The notes under the pieces are model-generated. The model was not told the DNA's origin and searched no databases. It was given only the letters and a program-made list of their open reading frames with translations. From Eledone cirrhosa (Eukaryota), in the NCBI GenBank assembly GCA_964016885.1, contig OZ024743.1, forward strand, positions 71,920,001 through 71,984,000: a stretch of DNA of 64,000 nt. The letters are read 5' to 3'. Shown here one piece after another: positions 40,901 through 54,662 of this stretch (position 1 is its first letter; the number at the start of each line of letters is the position of its first letter). The position numbers and the translations under genes are program-made.

Positions 40901-43236
40901 GGGAAAGACCACTTATCTCACTTCTCGTAGAGAAAGGTTGGTTTATCCATCCTTCTCACTGCTTGTGGCATCCTCCTCAAGGATGTCCTTATGAATCCTC
41001 CTGGAGGGTGTTTGTCGGAAGTCTCCGATGTCCTTGGGGAATATTTGTTTTAGTGTCATGTACGTTTTCTGTGTGATGCGAGTGATTTGTATGTGGGAAG
41101 GTGGGGTGAATTTTGGGGGTGTTGTGTAGTCTTTTTCTGTGATGCTGGTGTTTTGTTGGATGTAGTGTAATAATAGGTTGTTCAAATTTAATTGTTTCTA
41201 CTTTAGGCACAAGGCTAGCAAATACCCAGTGCATTACTGGTAGTTTATTTCATCGACCCCGTAAGGATGATAGGCAAAGTCAACCTCGGCGGGATTTGAA
41301 CTCAGATCGTTCAAATTTAATGCTGTGAAGTGTGTATAGTTTTGGTTGTTTTATTTGGTTTGCGTTTGTTGTGGGTTTGTTCCTGTTTGTTTCGCTTTTT
41401 GGTGATTTTTGTGGTGTTGGTGATGTTGGTTTTGGGGTTAATGATGGTGATGATGATGGTGTTGGTGTCTGTGGTGATGGCGCTGGTGATACTGGTGTGG
41501 GTGGTGGCATAGCTATCGTAACTTTTTTGTTTGTATGCTTATTTGTTTACCCTGATTTTGTTTTTGGTGGGCGAAGGAAGAGATTTTTTTCTTTTTTGGG
41601 TTCTTTTTTTTTCTTTTTTCCTGATACCATTTCCCACTCCTCTTCATCGTCACAATCTGTCTCCAGTTGGGATAGGTCGGGAGTGGAAAATCCTCCACTG
41701 GCGTTGGTTTTGGTTGTGGCGTGGTGGATGGTGGAGGCGCTGGTGCTAATTCTGGCGTGATGGGTGGTGGTGGTGGTGGTTTTGCTACTGTTGCTGCTAC
41801 AATTGCTCGGGTTGGAGCCACTACTGTTGCTTCTGTTGTTGCTGCCATTTCTGCTGCTGGTTTTCATGGTTCAGTCACTGGGGTGGGTAGAAGTGGGGCC
41901 TCAACTTTTTAGCTCGAGCGCAGAAAACATTTAGGTGGGTTCCTTCGCCAGAAATGACACACCTAGGCCTTCTACCTTCAACAATTACGGTTAGGTGGCT
42001 GCCATCATTGAGGTCTATTACCTCTGGAATTTCCTCTATGTTTTTTTGGTCTGTTTGGATCAGGAGCTCCATCCCAGATCCGGACCTGTTCGCCAGCTTA
42101 CTTTTGTTACCTCAATTACTTTAGTGTTGTCCTCGATGTCGGCGAGGACACAGCCATCAGCCAGGGAATTTCAGTGGCCGGTGGAACGTGGGTCACCCTG
42201 ATCTTCACGAGACTCTGACCACAATAGCTTGGGACAGTTTGAACTCGTCACTTCTTAATGGGGCCATGGAGTGCTCCCTGGCTCCCGGTGGGCTTCCAAA
42301 GAACACGTCCACGGTTGCATATTTCTGCTCACGTCTGATGTGGGTCTTTTGCGCCCACACATGTCCTAAAGCTTTTTGAATCTGGGACTCGGATGCCCGT
42401 TCCACTCGGCGTAATTTTATGTTTATCGTCCGATATGTCACGGTGCATAGGCGCCGATGTCCCATTTTTCGAGGGGGGGGGGGGTGACCCTGTACTCATC
42501 TTTTTTTACCATTCGCTCGGCTTCATTCAATTCATCCTGGCTTACCGCGATTATTACGCTTTTCTTGGCTGCTTTGGCAAACGTCACATTTTCTTTTGCG
42601 CTGGTGTTCATGTTGTCATTGTTATTCTTGTTGTTGTTGCTGTTGTTATTGTTTTTGTTATTGTTATTTTTACTTTCAGTTGTGATGGTGGTGGTTTCAG
42701 TGGTGTTAGGCGTGGAAGAGTCGATTCTGGGTGAATCCATTTCGATGTCACCAGATAATAATTTATTTTTGTTTCTGTTGTCACGGTGGTGGTGGTGGTG
42801 ATGGTGGTATCAGTGGTATTGGTTGTTCTTTTTGACATTGTGGTGGTGGGGATGGCGGCTTTAACACCTGCAGTTATTGGTAATGGCGAGAAATCCATGT
42901 CTGTATGTGACAAATTTAAATAATTGCCATTGCTATTACTTATATTTTCAGTGTTGGCAGCCGTAGCAAGGTTTACAATGGTTGTGGTAGATGTTAGGTT
43001 GCCAGCTTTGTGTTGCTGAATGACGTCTTTTTTTTTTACAAAGAAATTTTAGTTAGATAAATATAAAAGTTAAAATGTTTGGCCTCATGGCCCCAATATG
43101 TCCTTTTCAGAAAGCAATATATATGAACTTATAAACACTTAACAACAAAAGATTTCCATAATTGGCAATTTGAAGCAACTGAAAGAAACAAACCTTTGTG
43201 GAGCTCACGATAATACAATTTCCTACGTAGGTCGCC
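37950..43236 (-). mobile_element. Tx1-like L1 LINE (same subfamily as 7489-13192) with intact ends and an RT-internal deletion near 39620
   Basis: Same 3' end (AATAAAGAAAGC-ATT) and 5' end (GGCGACCTA) beside (AAT)n; GGPDRRMD is joined almost directly to ELGCERSVSAYAD. Confidence 0.92.
41193..41308 (-). mobile_element. 5'-truncated SINE family 1 (Meta-domain-like) inserted in Tx1 ORF1 with a 13-bp TSD
   Basis: TSD GTTCAAATTTAAT at 41180-41192 and 41309-41321; B box GAGTTCAAATCC. Confidence 0.88.
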
Positions 43237-43261
43237 AATAATGATAATAATAATAATAATA

Positions 43262-46200
43262 ATGGGTTCTTTATTGGCCACAAGGACTAATACTAAGAAA
43301 AACTTTAGAGACGGCATAGAACAGTACAGGACGATACAAAATCGGTTTTGGTCGTGTAAACAGGTTATAACAAAATCGGGCTAGAAATAAAAAGAATTCA
43401 AACAACAAAAATTCCCCAAGAAGGGGGAAACCTCCGAGGGTCACTCGGGGTGAAAACCACACAAAAGACCACGGCCACCCTGACCACCAGTCTACAGGCG
43501 CATACTCAGAGCGGGCCCGTTCACTCGGACCAGACTCACCACTTTCATCCACCTTTCAACAAACTTACTAGAAGACAACACTTGCCTCTCCACCCTGATT
43601 TTCCTCTTCAACTGAAACTTGAAAGAGTTAATCAGGGATTGGCCGGAGAGGAAAGTGTCCGTCTTCAACCCTTTCAACCTTGTCCACCACACAATCTCTT
43701 TCGCCGTGGCAACCAGGCAGATGCAAACAGCCTGCCCTTCCTCCTCTTTAAAGGAGGGTGGCGGGGCTATCTGCACAATGGACTCAGTCGATAACCGGAT
43801 CTGTCCTACACGCAACAGCAGCTGTTCGACATAGCTCAACAACTCAGCAATCCTCGGGAACTGAACGAGTGCGTGCAGGACGGTTTTGTCGCCCTACGCG
43901 CATCTCGGACAGGTTGGATGATAGCACCTCCGTGCCCGTAGAGCTTATTCCGAATCGGCAACGCTTCCAAGTAGCACTGCCAGGCCAGGGATTTCTGGGA
44001 GTTTTCCATAGGCCCCGGTCTGCAAGTTCTCTTGAAGAGAGCGAACAGCTGATCGTCTCCGACGCCCAGGTTCTCTCCGAGAACGTCGTCGATCTTTCCT
44101 TCCATTAGCCCTCTATAGAACGCCGAGGTGGATGTTCCACCGATACCAGTGCCCAGCTGGTAGAGGGCAGTGAGCGCTTGGAGACATTCCAGCTGCCAAG
44201 CGCTATCCCTCGGTCTTTTTCCAGGACTGCAGCTCCGCCAAGGAGACGAGCTGAGGAAAAGTGCATCTGACAAACGGTGACCCCACCTGTTCACCGTCAA
44301 GGAAGCACCATAGATATCGCAGCTCCAGCGCATGTTTGCGCATCATCAGCAACGGCATGCCTACTCCTCCACGCAACGGGTGTTGACAGCAAATGGATTG
44401 TCTGACCATGGGAGCAATTCCCTTCCACAAAAAGCGGAAGAGAAGGCGCTCCATTTTCGTCAGAGTTGGGCAGGGCAAGGTACTATCGTCAGTCGGTAGC
44501 AGATGACGGACGCTATGTACGCATTTGCCACCTCCGCCCGACCTTTCCGAGACAGCCTCCCATCGGCCCAGTTCTGGGTGAGAGAGGCCACCCTGCTCGT
44601 CAGCTTGCTCCAGATGTTCTCCATCTGGAGGTCCAGACCGAACCAGACCCCGAGCAATTTAACCGGTCCTTCTGTCCAGCGACCCACGACGTTGGACGGA
44701 AGGACCAGGTGCCGAGTTCCTGGTTTATCTTTGCTCCTGTCACCGCTTCGTAGTCCTTGAGACCAGTGCCGAGCATCTGGACGTTTTTGGTGCTCGACAC
44801 CACCGCGGTGACGTCGTCGGTGTAAGCTGACACGGATCTCCAGCATTCAAGTTCGCGTGGGACCCCCCCCTCATCGTCTCCAATTTGTGCAATAACGGCT
44901 CTAGGTCCATTACGTACAAGAGGGATGAGAAAGGGCAACCCTGGCGGACCGAGCGCATGATGTTGAAAGGCTGCGACAGGTAACCATTCACCCTCACGAT
45001 CGAGCAGATGTCGCTGTGCATCGCAGCGATGCAGCCCCTAAAAACGGGCCCAAAGCCGGCCGCCTCGGGGACCGCAGCCAGGTACAGATGGTCGACCCTA
45101 TCAAATGCTTTAGATTGACCAAGTTGATCAAGGCTCCACCCGTGCCAGGTTCCTTAACCACCCTCTCTATGATGTATCGCATGAGATGGAGGTTGTCGTG
45201 GATGAATCTATCCAGAATGGCACATGTCTGCGCCTCTCCCACCAGATCACCGACGACAAGCGCCAATATATTTACTAACACCTTGGCCAAAATCTTAAAC
45301 TCTGCGTTTAGCAGAGTTATGGGAAACTCTGCGTTTAGCAGAGTTATGGGCCTGAAGTTGTCTATAACGTCCCCCTTGTTCGGGTCTTTTCTCAGCAGCA
45401 CCACCGCTTCCCAGCTCACAAAACTGGGAAAGATCCCGTTCTGCTGCCAGTTCCAGTAGACACCTGCTAAGAGGTCGCAGAACAAGTCTGGTATATACGC
45501 ATAAAGCTCGTTGGGCAGACCATCCAAGCCTGGCGATTTACCCATCGTGCAGTCAGACATCGATTCCCGTATTTCACCTGCTGTTATCGGCTTTTCGCAG
45601 CACTGCGCTGCGGTCATCGAGAGCCGTGGCAGTCCGTCGAGGCATGTATCGAAGTCCACACTTCGATCCGGCCCGCTGCTGCTCCCGAATAAGTAAGCAA
45701 AGTGCTGTTGAAAAGCCGCACACATCTGCTCGGGTTCAAGCAACATGCGCCCGTTTTGATCAGGAAAAGACCGAATAGAGGACTTGTTGCAACGTCGGTT
45801 GCGATGCCTGTCCTAAACACCTCTTCTAGCTTTCTAACTAACTCCCCCCCTCTACTCTATTTTCTTCTATCACTACTCCTTTGATTAACCTTATCGACTC
45901 TATTTCAATAGCACTTTTCGCACCCGTCAACGCACGCTTAACTAATTCGCTAATCCGGTCTCTGTAAGCTTTGCGCGCCGGGAACGACGCGTTCAGCTTC
46001 CAGTAGCCGGGCCCTTGGCTATGGAGTCTATATAATTCAACTTCACAAATCACAAATTTGTGGTCCGTGTAGTTGAGTACTTTAAACTGTGGACAACCTA
46101 CACTAGCCTTATCTGTTTCCATACAGAATACCCTATCTAAATACGATCTGGATGACCCGATGCGGTTTGCCCATTTCCACATTGGCACATTCAGATAATC

Positions 46201-47631
46201 CAGTCTATACCTGTCAGACAGTTCAAAATGTCTGAGCAGGTTGTTGAGGCTTTTACACCCTCTGTCCTGTCTACTATCCCCACATAATCCCAGCGTGTAT
46301 CTAAGATACCGTTCCAGTCGCCCACTAACACTAAAGAGCAGGACGTTCCAAGAAAGGTCTCTAGATGTCTGAAGAAAACTGGCCGTCCAGCCCCTGTTGG
46401 GGCGTAGACGGCTACTAGCCTAAGAACATTGACTTCGCTGCCGGTCACGTCCAGCATTACCGACTTACCTTCTGGGTGCAGGAAGTTGGCCCGTATGGCG
46501 AAATCCAAGCATCTCCTAAAAAGCACGGCAATCCCTCCCCCCGATCCTGGACGGCTGGGAGATGCGTATACATCGTAGCCCGCGAAGATCGAAGTGAAGG
46601 CTCATGCTTCGGAGATTCTAGTCTCGCTGATGGCCACCACATCTATGTTTAGTGACCTGAGGTCGTTGATCAGGTGACTCTGCTTCCAAGATGGCCCCAG
46701 GCCACGTAAGTCTACTGTAGCGTACTTTTTGCCTCGGGTGATGTGGGTTTTGCGCGCCCAGATGTACCCCAAGGCCTTTTGGATTGTGAGCCTACGTGGC
46801 TCTCTCCACCCAATGTGACATCTTGCTTACGGTTCGGTAAGTCACCGTGCGCAGCCGCTGGTCTTTGAAGAAATCGGTTGGAGTTTCAGGGAAACTCTAT
46901 TTTCATTCCTTATCACCATGGCTCTTGTGACTGCCATCTCCTCCTCCGTGACTAGCACTGTCTCTTTATTTCGGGCCACACCTGCGAAAGAAGTGGCCCC
47001 TTTTTCAGCGGCACCATTATTGCTGCCTCTACTGCTCTTGTTGTTGGTGATGTTGTTGTTGCTACTGCTACAAACGATGTTGTTGGTGTTGTTGCTCTTA
47101 TCACTGTTGTAGTTGGTTGTGTTTTTGGTGCCACTGTTGTTGTTTTCGGTGCAATTTGTATTGTTGCTGTTGGTGTTGCCGTTGTTTATTTTCTTGTTAG
47201 TGGTGTTAATATCGTTGTTGCATTTGTTGTCATTTTTTTTGTTGTCTGTATTTTTGTTGACGCTGTTATTGTTATAGTTGGACATTTTTTTTATATTAGT
47301 GTTCTCAGTGTTGTTGTCTTTGTTCACGTTGTTGTTTGAATTTCACTAACCTTCGTCTCAACTTTTACGTCACTGTCACACGACAGCAGACATATTGCTG
47401 GGGGGCGTGGCTCAGCCATGTTTTTTTTTTTTTAATTTTCAAAAGTAAAATGTTCAAATATTGTTCAAATATTTGGGCCAAAAGGTCCAAATATTATAAT
47501 TTCCCCTTCACAGGGCAAAGTCCAGGGGCTTATATCCTTTACACAAAAAGAAAAATTTAACGAACAAATAATTATAATAGGTAAATAAAGCGACTTACTG
47601 GGAGCGATCAAAAAAGACGTCCGAACAGACC
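43262..47631 (-). mobile_element. Tx1-like L1 LINE, another subfamily, with a deletion fusing early ORF1 to the ORF2 start (~46708)
   Basis: APE/RT pieces 43492-46700; Asn-rich ORF1 N-terminus 46842-47327; (AAT)n on both sides. Confidence 0.9.
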
Positions 47632-47640
47632 AATAATAAT

Positions 47641-47810
47641 AATTGTTTCTACTTTTGGCACAAAGCCTGCAATTACCCAGTGCCTTACTGGTACTTTATT
47701 TTTATCGACCCCGTAAGGATGAAAGGCAAAGTTAACCTCGGCGGGATTTGAACTCAGACCATATAGGGGCGTAAATCTTTGTCAGACCCTCTACCGATGC
47801 TGCCAATCCA
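47641..47810 (-). mobile_element. SINE family 1 copy with its tail in (AAT)n
   Basis: Reverse complement of 52103-52282. Confidence 0.85.
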
Positions 47811-47939
47811 AATAATAATGTATTTTGGAGTGACATCCAACTATCAAACTTTAGAATAATATAGACATATAATAAATATATAATAATTGTAAAGAAAGTA
47901 GCTATGTTCTAAACGTTATTTATATCCTAACAGACAAAT

Positions 47940-48720
47940 TAATTTAAGATATATATACATTCTTTAAACTATAAATATATTTCATCTCCCATAAGAATAG
48001 AACACTTAAAAGAAATTTTACATAACGGAAATACATATAAGGAACAGAGAAAATAAAAAGACAAGTACATAACAGGAATATATTAAAACTGAGAATGTAA
48101 AGCAGATAGAAGTTGTACGTATAAAACGAAGAAAAAGACAACAACACGAACGTAGAATACTAACTAACAAAAGACGGCCAAGTACAACACAATGGAAATT
48201 ATGAATAAATGGAGAAAATGAGCAAGATATAAGAATAGAAAATTCTAAAGATGAAAATTGTGAATAATCTAAAAGTAGAACTAGTTAAATAATTAAATCG
48301 ATATATCTTATGAAACAAATAAAACTTCGCAACGACAAAATTTGCAACAAAAATATTTTACAAAAAGCTTAAAGTTGGCCATTGTAGACATAATGAAAAA
48401 CAGGTGTGAACATCAATGCTATTAGGTTAAACCAAATAAAATATGCAGCAGCCTCAGTAATTAGAAAGGAAGTCGATTATTTCCTCAGATCTTCTTATAC
48501 AATGATATCAAAAAACAAACGTAGAAAGTTGAAAATAAACATACTGAAAAGATAGGAAATAACATTTAAAAAGACACTCTCCTAATCTTTAATGAAAACA
48601 AAAGGAAAATATACGATAAAAGATAATAAAACGAGGAGTATTTATCACTACTGCAGAAATATACAACAAACAAGATGTACGCAACATCAAAGAGTACCTG
48701 AAACAAAAGAAGCTTGCAAT
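47940..48720 (+). mobile_element. Old relic of an R4/Dong-like LINE N-terminal region
   Basis: YAAASV (~48443) and EYLKQKKLA (~48692) resemble YYASA.V and EIIKQKVSA of the 14.3-kb LINE. Confidence 0.4.
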
Positions 48721-48740
48721 TTATCTAACTATCTATATGT

Positions 48741-48930
48741 ATATTCATTTTATTAAGGTTAAATCGTGAGTGTTGCAACTCTGGAGATTATCACGTTTAT
48801 CACAGCATCATCAGAGAAGATGACCTTGTGATAAACTGGTGAAATTCCCGAGTAACAAGACTCATGATTTAGCCTCAATAAAATGAATATTAAAATATAG
48901 GAATATTAAAACATGGTATTGAGTGCTCCT
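48741..48930. repeat. Diverged hairpin (~75-bp arms) with decayed HHR-like motifs
   Basis: 48741-48816 pairs with 48817-48890; the - strand reads CT-CTGATGA at 48808-48816. Confidence 0.65.
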
Positions 48931-49739
48931 CTCTCTCTCAGCCGTCGACCACATACAGTTCTCTTTCTCTCTCTCTCTCTACATATATATATTTTACATA
49001 TTTTGAAATAAAAGTCTCTTTTCAAAAGATTTTTTTCTGTCTACGCTAGGGAAGTATAACATTTATTTCATATTTGTTCTTACCTTATTATTTTTACTAC
49101 ACCTCCTTCTTTTCGTCTCTGCTGATCGCAGATGTGACTGTAACTTCGGGACGATTAAAAACTTGTCATATTGACTGATAAACTACCAATGACAAAATAT
49201 TTGACTCTTGAGATTTGTTATTTGTGACGATAAAAATATTTTTTCTTAGAAATAACTTTGCGTCAAAAGCATATTAATTGCGTATTAAGCAATTTTAATA
49301 TTGATTTTCTTTAGAGAATCATAGGTTATTCAAATATAGCTATAAATTAAACATTGAAATTGGTTTTTTTAATGCAGACAATTAGATTGTTATTTATTCA
49401 TTTTTTTCTTCATAATATTTTGAAAAGGACAGTCATTTTCGCAAGTTTTCGTTTCTTTAGAACGTCAAATAATTATGAAGTTACTCATTGGCTAAGTCAA
49501 GTAAATTCATCAGATATACATGACAACAACAAATGACAATATTGTTTTCAAATATAAATTAGATTTATTTGTGTTGCTTTCATTTTGAAGAGAGTATCAA
49601 ATTACTGCTAGACACGTGCTATGCTTTTACGACTTTAACGACAATTGGCCACTTTGTGTGATCATTGCTCCATGTACCTCTGCTTTAACGACTCTGCCAA
49701 TATGTCACCCTGTATAACTCTTACGCAGCCATTAAAATT

Positions 49740-50640
49740 ATTTTTCTTTTTTAGAAATTAGTATATATTTTGTTGAACAATGACATGAGGCTAAATGAAA
49801 ACAAAAGCAATATATACAAACACACACACACCGACCACAACTAAATATGGAATGATAGGCGATGGGGCGCCGCCACAGCCCCGGCCGTCAGATTGGAGAC
49901 GGCGTTTCCCCGGAGGACAGCAAGGGAGACGCGCTGGAAAAGCCACTCCAACTCGCGGGGGTCACACCTGCGGCTGGCCTGCTCAGCGCCTATGGTGGTG
50001 AGTAGGGAGGTAGCCCAGGACACCAGAAGTCTCCTCTGCCAGGTGTACAACTGCAAACTTGTCGGAGAGCGACCGGTATCTGAGGAGTTTAGCCTCCTCA
50101 GCCCGAGGTGCAGCAGAACCCGGGTTAATCGCAGACGGCACCAGGTTGCGGCTGCAGAAAGTGTCGGTGCAGGTGGCATCCCAGACGAGGGGTTTACCAC
50201 CGCGGAACGGGGAGATGGTCATGCCATCTGGCCTTTTGCCGTCCCCTCGATCCAGCCCCACCGGCTCGAGCTAGGAAGGGAAGCCTGCAGCATCCAAGCC
50301 ATGCTTTATGACCTAGTCGAGGGCAGAATGGCGTGGCTCTGTGGTGACAGGAAAGCGTGACATGGCGTGGCACTGTGGTGACATGGCGGCCGGCACTGTG
50401 GTGACAGGAAAGCGGGTGGAGGCCGAAAGAGTTCACGGTGGATCCGCAGCGACATTGGTGTGGCTCGCAGATCCGGAGGTCGAGCCTCAAGGAAACGCCA
50501 ATGCGCAGGCTATTCTTGTCTAGCTGCTTGCCAGTGGAGAAGGAGGGCAGGGCATGGAGCCAGGCACCACTGTGGTGTTTGTCCGCATTTTTTCTTCTCC
50601 TTTCGTTGAAATGCTGGCAATGCGACATCATCACGGGACA
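49740..50640 (-). mobile_element. 3' fragment of a CRE-like non-LTR retrotransposon (Zn knuckle + RLE)
   Basis: GAWLHALP...LRL...CRCG...HPLSC...RH; GLDRGDGKRPDG...VWDATC; AEEAK..Y; QRVSLAVLRGNA; A-rich tail at ~49740-49753. Confidence 0.85.
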
Positions 50641-50865
50641 AATATGACGTCACGATTTCTGCTTTGTGAGATGTGGTTTGTGATATGTTTCTAGTAGATC
50701 TCAATAACCAATGACTCTAAAAAATTGTATATCTCTATTCGAATTATTTTCATATTTTATTTTTTATAAATTTCAAACTGTGTTATTTCTTATTAATATC
50801 TGCATAATAATACCACTAAAACAAAACATTTATTGTAATTGATTTAATATATATATATATATATA

Positions 50866-52100
<1,235 letters not shown>

Positions 52101-52102
52101 AA

Positions 52103-52282
52103 TTGGCAGTATCGGTAGAGGTTGGACGCCATGCTTTCCAGCATAGATACGTCTCTTTACGGTCTGAGTTCAAATCCCGCCGAGGTTAACTTTGCCTTTC
52201 ATCCTTACGGGGTCGATAAAATAAAGTACCGTAATGTACTGGGTAATTGCTGGCCTTGTGCCAAAAAGTAGAAACAATTATT
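52103..52282 (+). mobile_element. SINE family 1 (tRNA-like head, Meta-domain-like body)
   Basis: A-box-like TGGCAGTATCGG, B box GAGTTCAAATCCC, body GCCTTTCATCCTTACGGGGTCGATAAAAT. Confidence 0.85.
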
Positions 52283-52913
52283 TCCTTATACATGTTTCAA
52301 GAGATTACTACATCAAATTATTCGTGTAAAGTTAGATGAAAATTCGTATAATCAATACTTATAAATACAAGGTGATATATAAATATTTGCACTTCACCAT
52401 CTTCAGAAGATTAAAAGAAAACGCATTAAATTGAAGCAGAATATGTCTGGAATTCAATTTCCACATTACACAGGATGAGGGACATCTGAAATCTACCCAA
52501 TGGTGTAGCGAATGACTAAAAATTAATGAATGTTTATAGATCTTGATTATACGAATTTCCCCTTAAAAGTATCCGAATAAGGTGATGGACGACACACTCA
52601 AAACATGTGTAAGGAGTTTAAATTGATTTAAAAGTTTATTTTTCTATCTATATATTTGGTTAAATTTGCTGTGATCATGTCTGCCTTTCCAACACTTCTT
52701 TCCTTAAAGATCTACCTTTTCTCCAGACCAATAATATATATACACTTTGACGTAATTCTAAAAGTTCTTGCTAATTACATACCATCATATATAATTCCCT
52801 ACATACATTGTATATATATTTTTGCCTTTGTTATATATATATAATATGGTAAGTTACTACACCGGTACCATACCTAAGACGTACGTTGCATTAGCTTGGA
52901 GGGACAATTTATT

Positions 52914-52950
<37 letters not shown>

Positions 52951-53052
52951 TAAAAGGAATTCCAACGTTGTCTGATTAACTCGTTTTATTTACAATCCTT
53001 TAAAATTGTGATATTATAATGAAATAGTATGGTAGAATATTAAATGTTAATT

Positions 53053-53089
53053 GAACAAGAACTTTCATGCATTCGCAATCTTCAGATTC
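53053..53089 (-). ncRNA. Minimal HHR (left-arm copy)
   Basis: GAAT-CTGAAGA-TTGCGAATGCAT-GAAA-GTTC-TT-GTTC. Confidence 0.75.
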
Positions 53090-53395
53090 ATATTCTGTTG
53101 TGACAGTCAAGTTTGCAATTTTCGACTATGAGATGGTTAAAATACAGTAAAAATGGGCTACAGAATACTAAGTTTTGGAAACCATATTTCGACCAATCGT
53201 CGTTAGACATACTCAACCAACCGTGACGCCTAAACCAATCAGCTTTAGTAATCTAGTGAAACCACACACCGATTGGTGGAAATACAGTTTCCAAAACTTA
53301 GCATTCTGTAGCCCATTTTTACTGTATATAAGGCACCAATTTTAGCCATCTCATTACAGTCGAACATTGCAAACTTGACTGTCACCATTGAATAT

Positions 53396-53432
53396 GAACC
53401 TGAAGATTGCGAAAGCATGAAAGTACTTGTTC
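53396..53432 (+). ncRNA. Minimal HHR with a GAAA-tetraloop stem II
   Basis: GAAC-CTGAAGA-T-TGC-GAAA-GCA-T-GAAA-GTAC-TT-GTTC; palindromic AAGTACTT. Confidence 0.87.
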
Positions 53433-53585
53433 AATTAACATTTAATATTCTACCATACTATTTCATTATAATATCATTATAATTTTAAAGGATTGTAAAT
53501 AAAACGAGTTAATCAGACAAAGTTGGAATTCCTTTTATTAATATAATCTTCTATACACGATCATACACACCCGTGTATATTTATT

Positions 53586-53652
<67 letters not shown>

Positions 53653-53772
53653 ATATACATATTGTGTTTCAACTTTCATTATATACTCCTATGAAACCGG
53701 CTTTGTGCTGGGATGAAACGATCGTAACTGATTAAATGCTCTAAATACTCTTTGATTGTTATTTATAAGGTA

Positions 53773-53844
<72 letters not shown>

Positions 53845-53845
<1 letters not shown>

Positions 53846-54400
53846 TATAGTATCTTTGTAACTGGTCCTCACTTCCTTATCCACAAACGCCTCCCACTTT
53901 ATCCTGGAGGTCGACTTGGACTTGTCAGTTTTGTGGGCTTCTTTGACTTTAGTTTGTCTTAAGTTGCAGATAACTATACGGTGATAAGTTGACAGCTCAG
54001 CCTCTCTCAACATGAGCATCCAGCACATAATCGAAGAGAACAGAGACTATAATAATATCAGTTGTTGATTTCTTTCCTTGATTCACTATGTATATATATA
54101 TATGGATGTTTCTGTACTGGGAGAATGTATTCATAATAGAGAGTCAATTGCCAGAACACGTCTAATAAGATGTCGCCATTCCTATTTAGATAACTCCTTC
54201 TATGCCAAGTGGTTAGTGCCATCATGTGCATTGACATCTCCCATTAGGATACATGACTGAGTTTATCTACACCTAATACTGCAATGACATCATCAAGGAC
54301 GGATCTATATTTGGACACCTTTTGTTAAATAAACTTGCACCTTCCAGCCTAATATTCAAGAGGTAAATCATCCCTTCTATTGTATCCAGTCCATAATACA
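53845..54400 (-). mobile_element. Decayed RTE-like LINE AP-endonuclease fragment
   Basis: ILMGDVNAHDG at ~54218-54250 and AELSTYHRIVICNL...RIKWEAF. Confidence 0.65.
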
Positions 54401-54404
54401 TTCA

Positions 54405-54662
54405 GTAAAGACGCATGTCTTAGTGGTTAGAGCGTTGGTCTTGCAATCGAAAGGTTCTGAGTTCAATTCTCGGACCAGGTGATGTGTTGTTTCTTTGAGC
54501 AAGACACTTTATTTCACGTTGCTCCAGTTTACTCAGCTGTAGAAATGAGATGATAGGACTGGGGTCTCTATCATTAAATCACCCAAGATACCTCCAACGC
54601 GATATACCATGGAGGAGGCCCGCTAAACCTGCAGAGGTGTGAGCTGTAACAACAACAACAAT
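54405..54662 (+). mobile_element. SINE family 2, full length, with (CAA)n tail
   Basis: A box TCTTAGTGGTTAGAGC, B box GAGTTCAATTCT, CORE-like body. Confidence 0.85.

Larger units (their letters stand above)
52945..53590. mobile_element. Fold-back PLE-like element (arms ~52945-53200 / 53270-53545) in (TA)n
   Basis: Reverse-complement arms with an HHR in each and a ~45-nt right extension. Confidence 0.9.

Noticed and set aside
54410-54475. tRNA gene
   Set aside because: A/B boxes run into a repeated SINE body with three copies; it is a SINE head.
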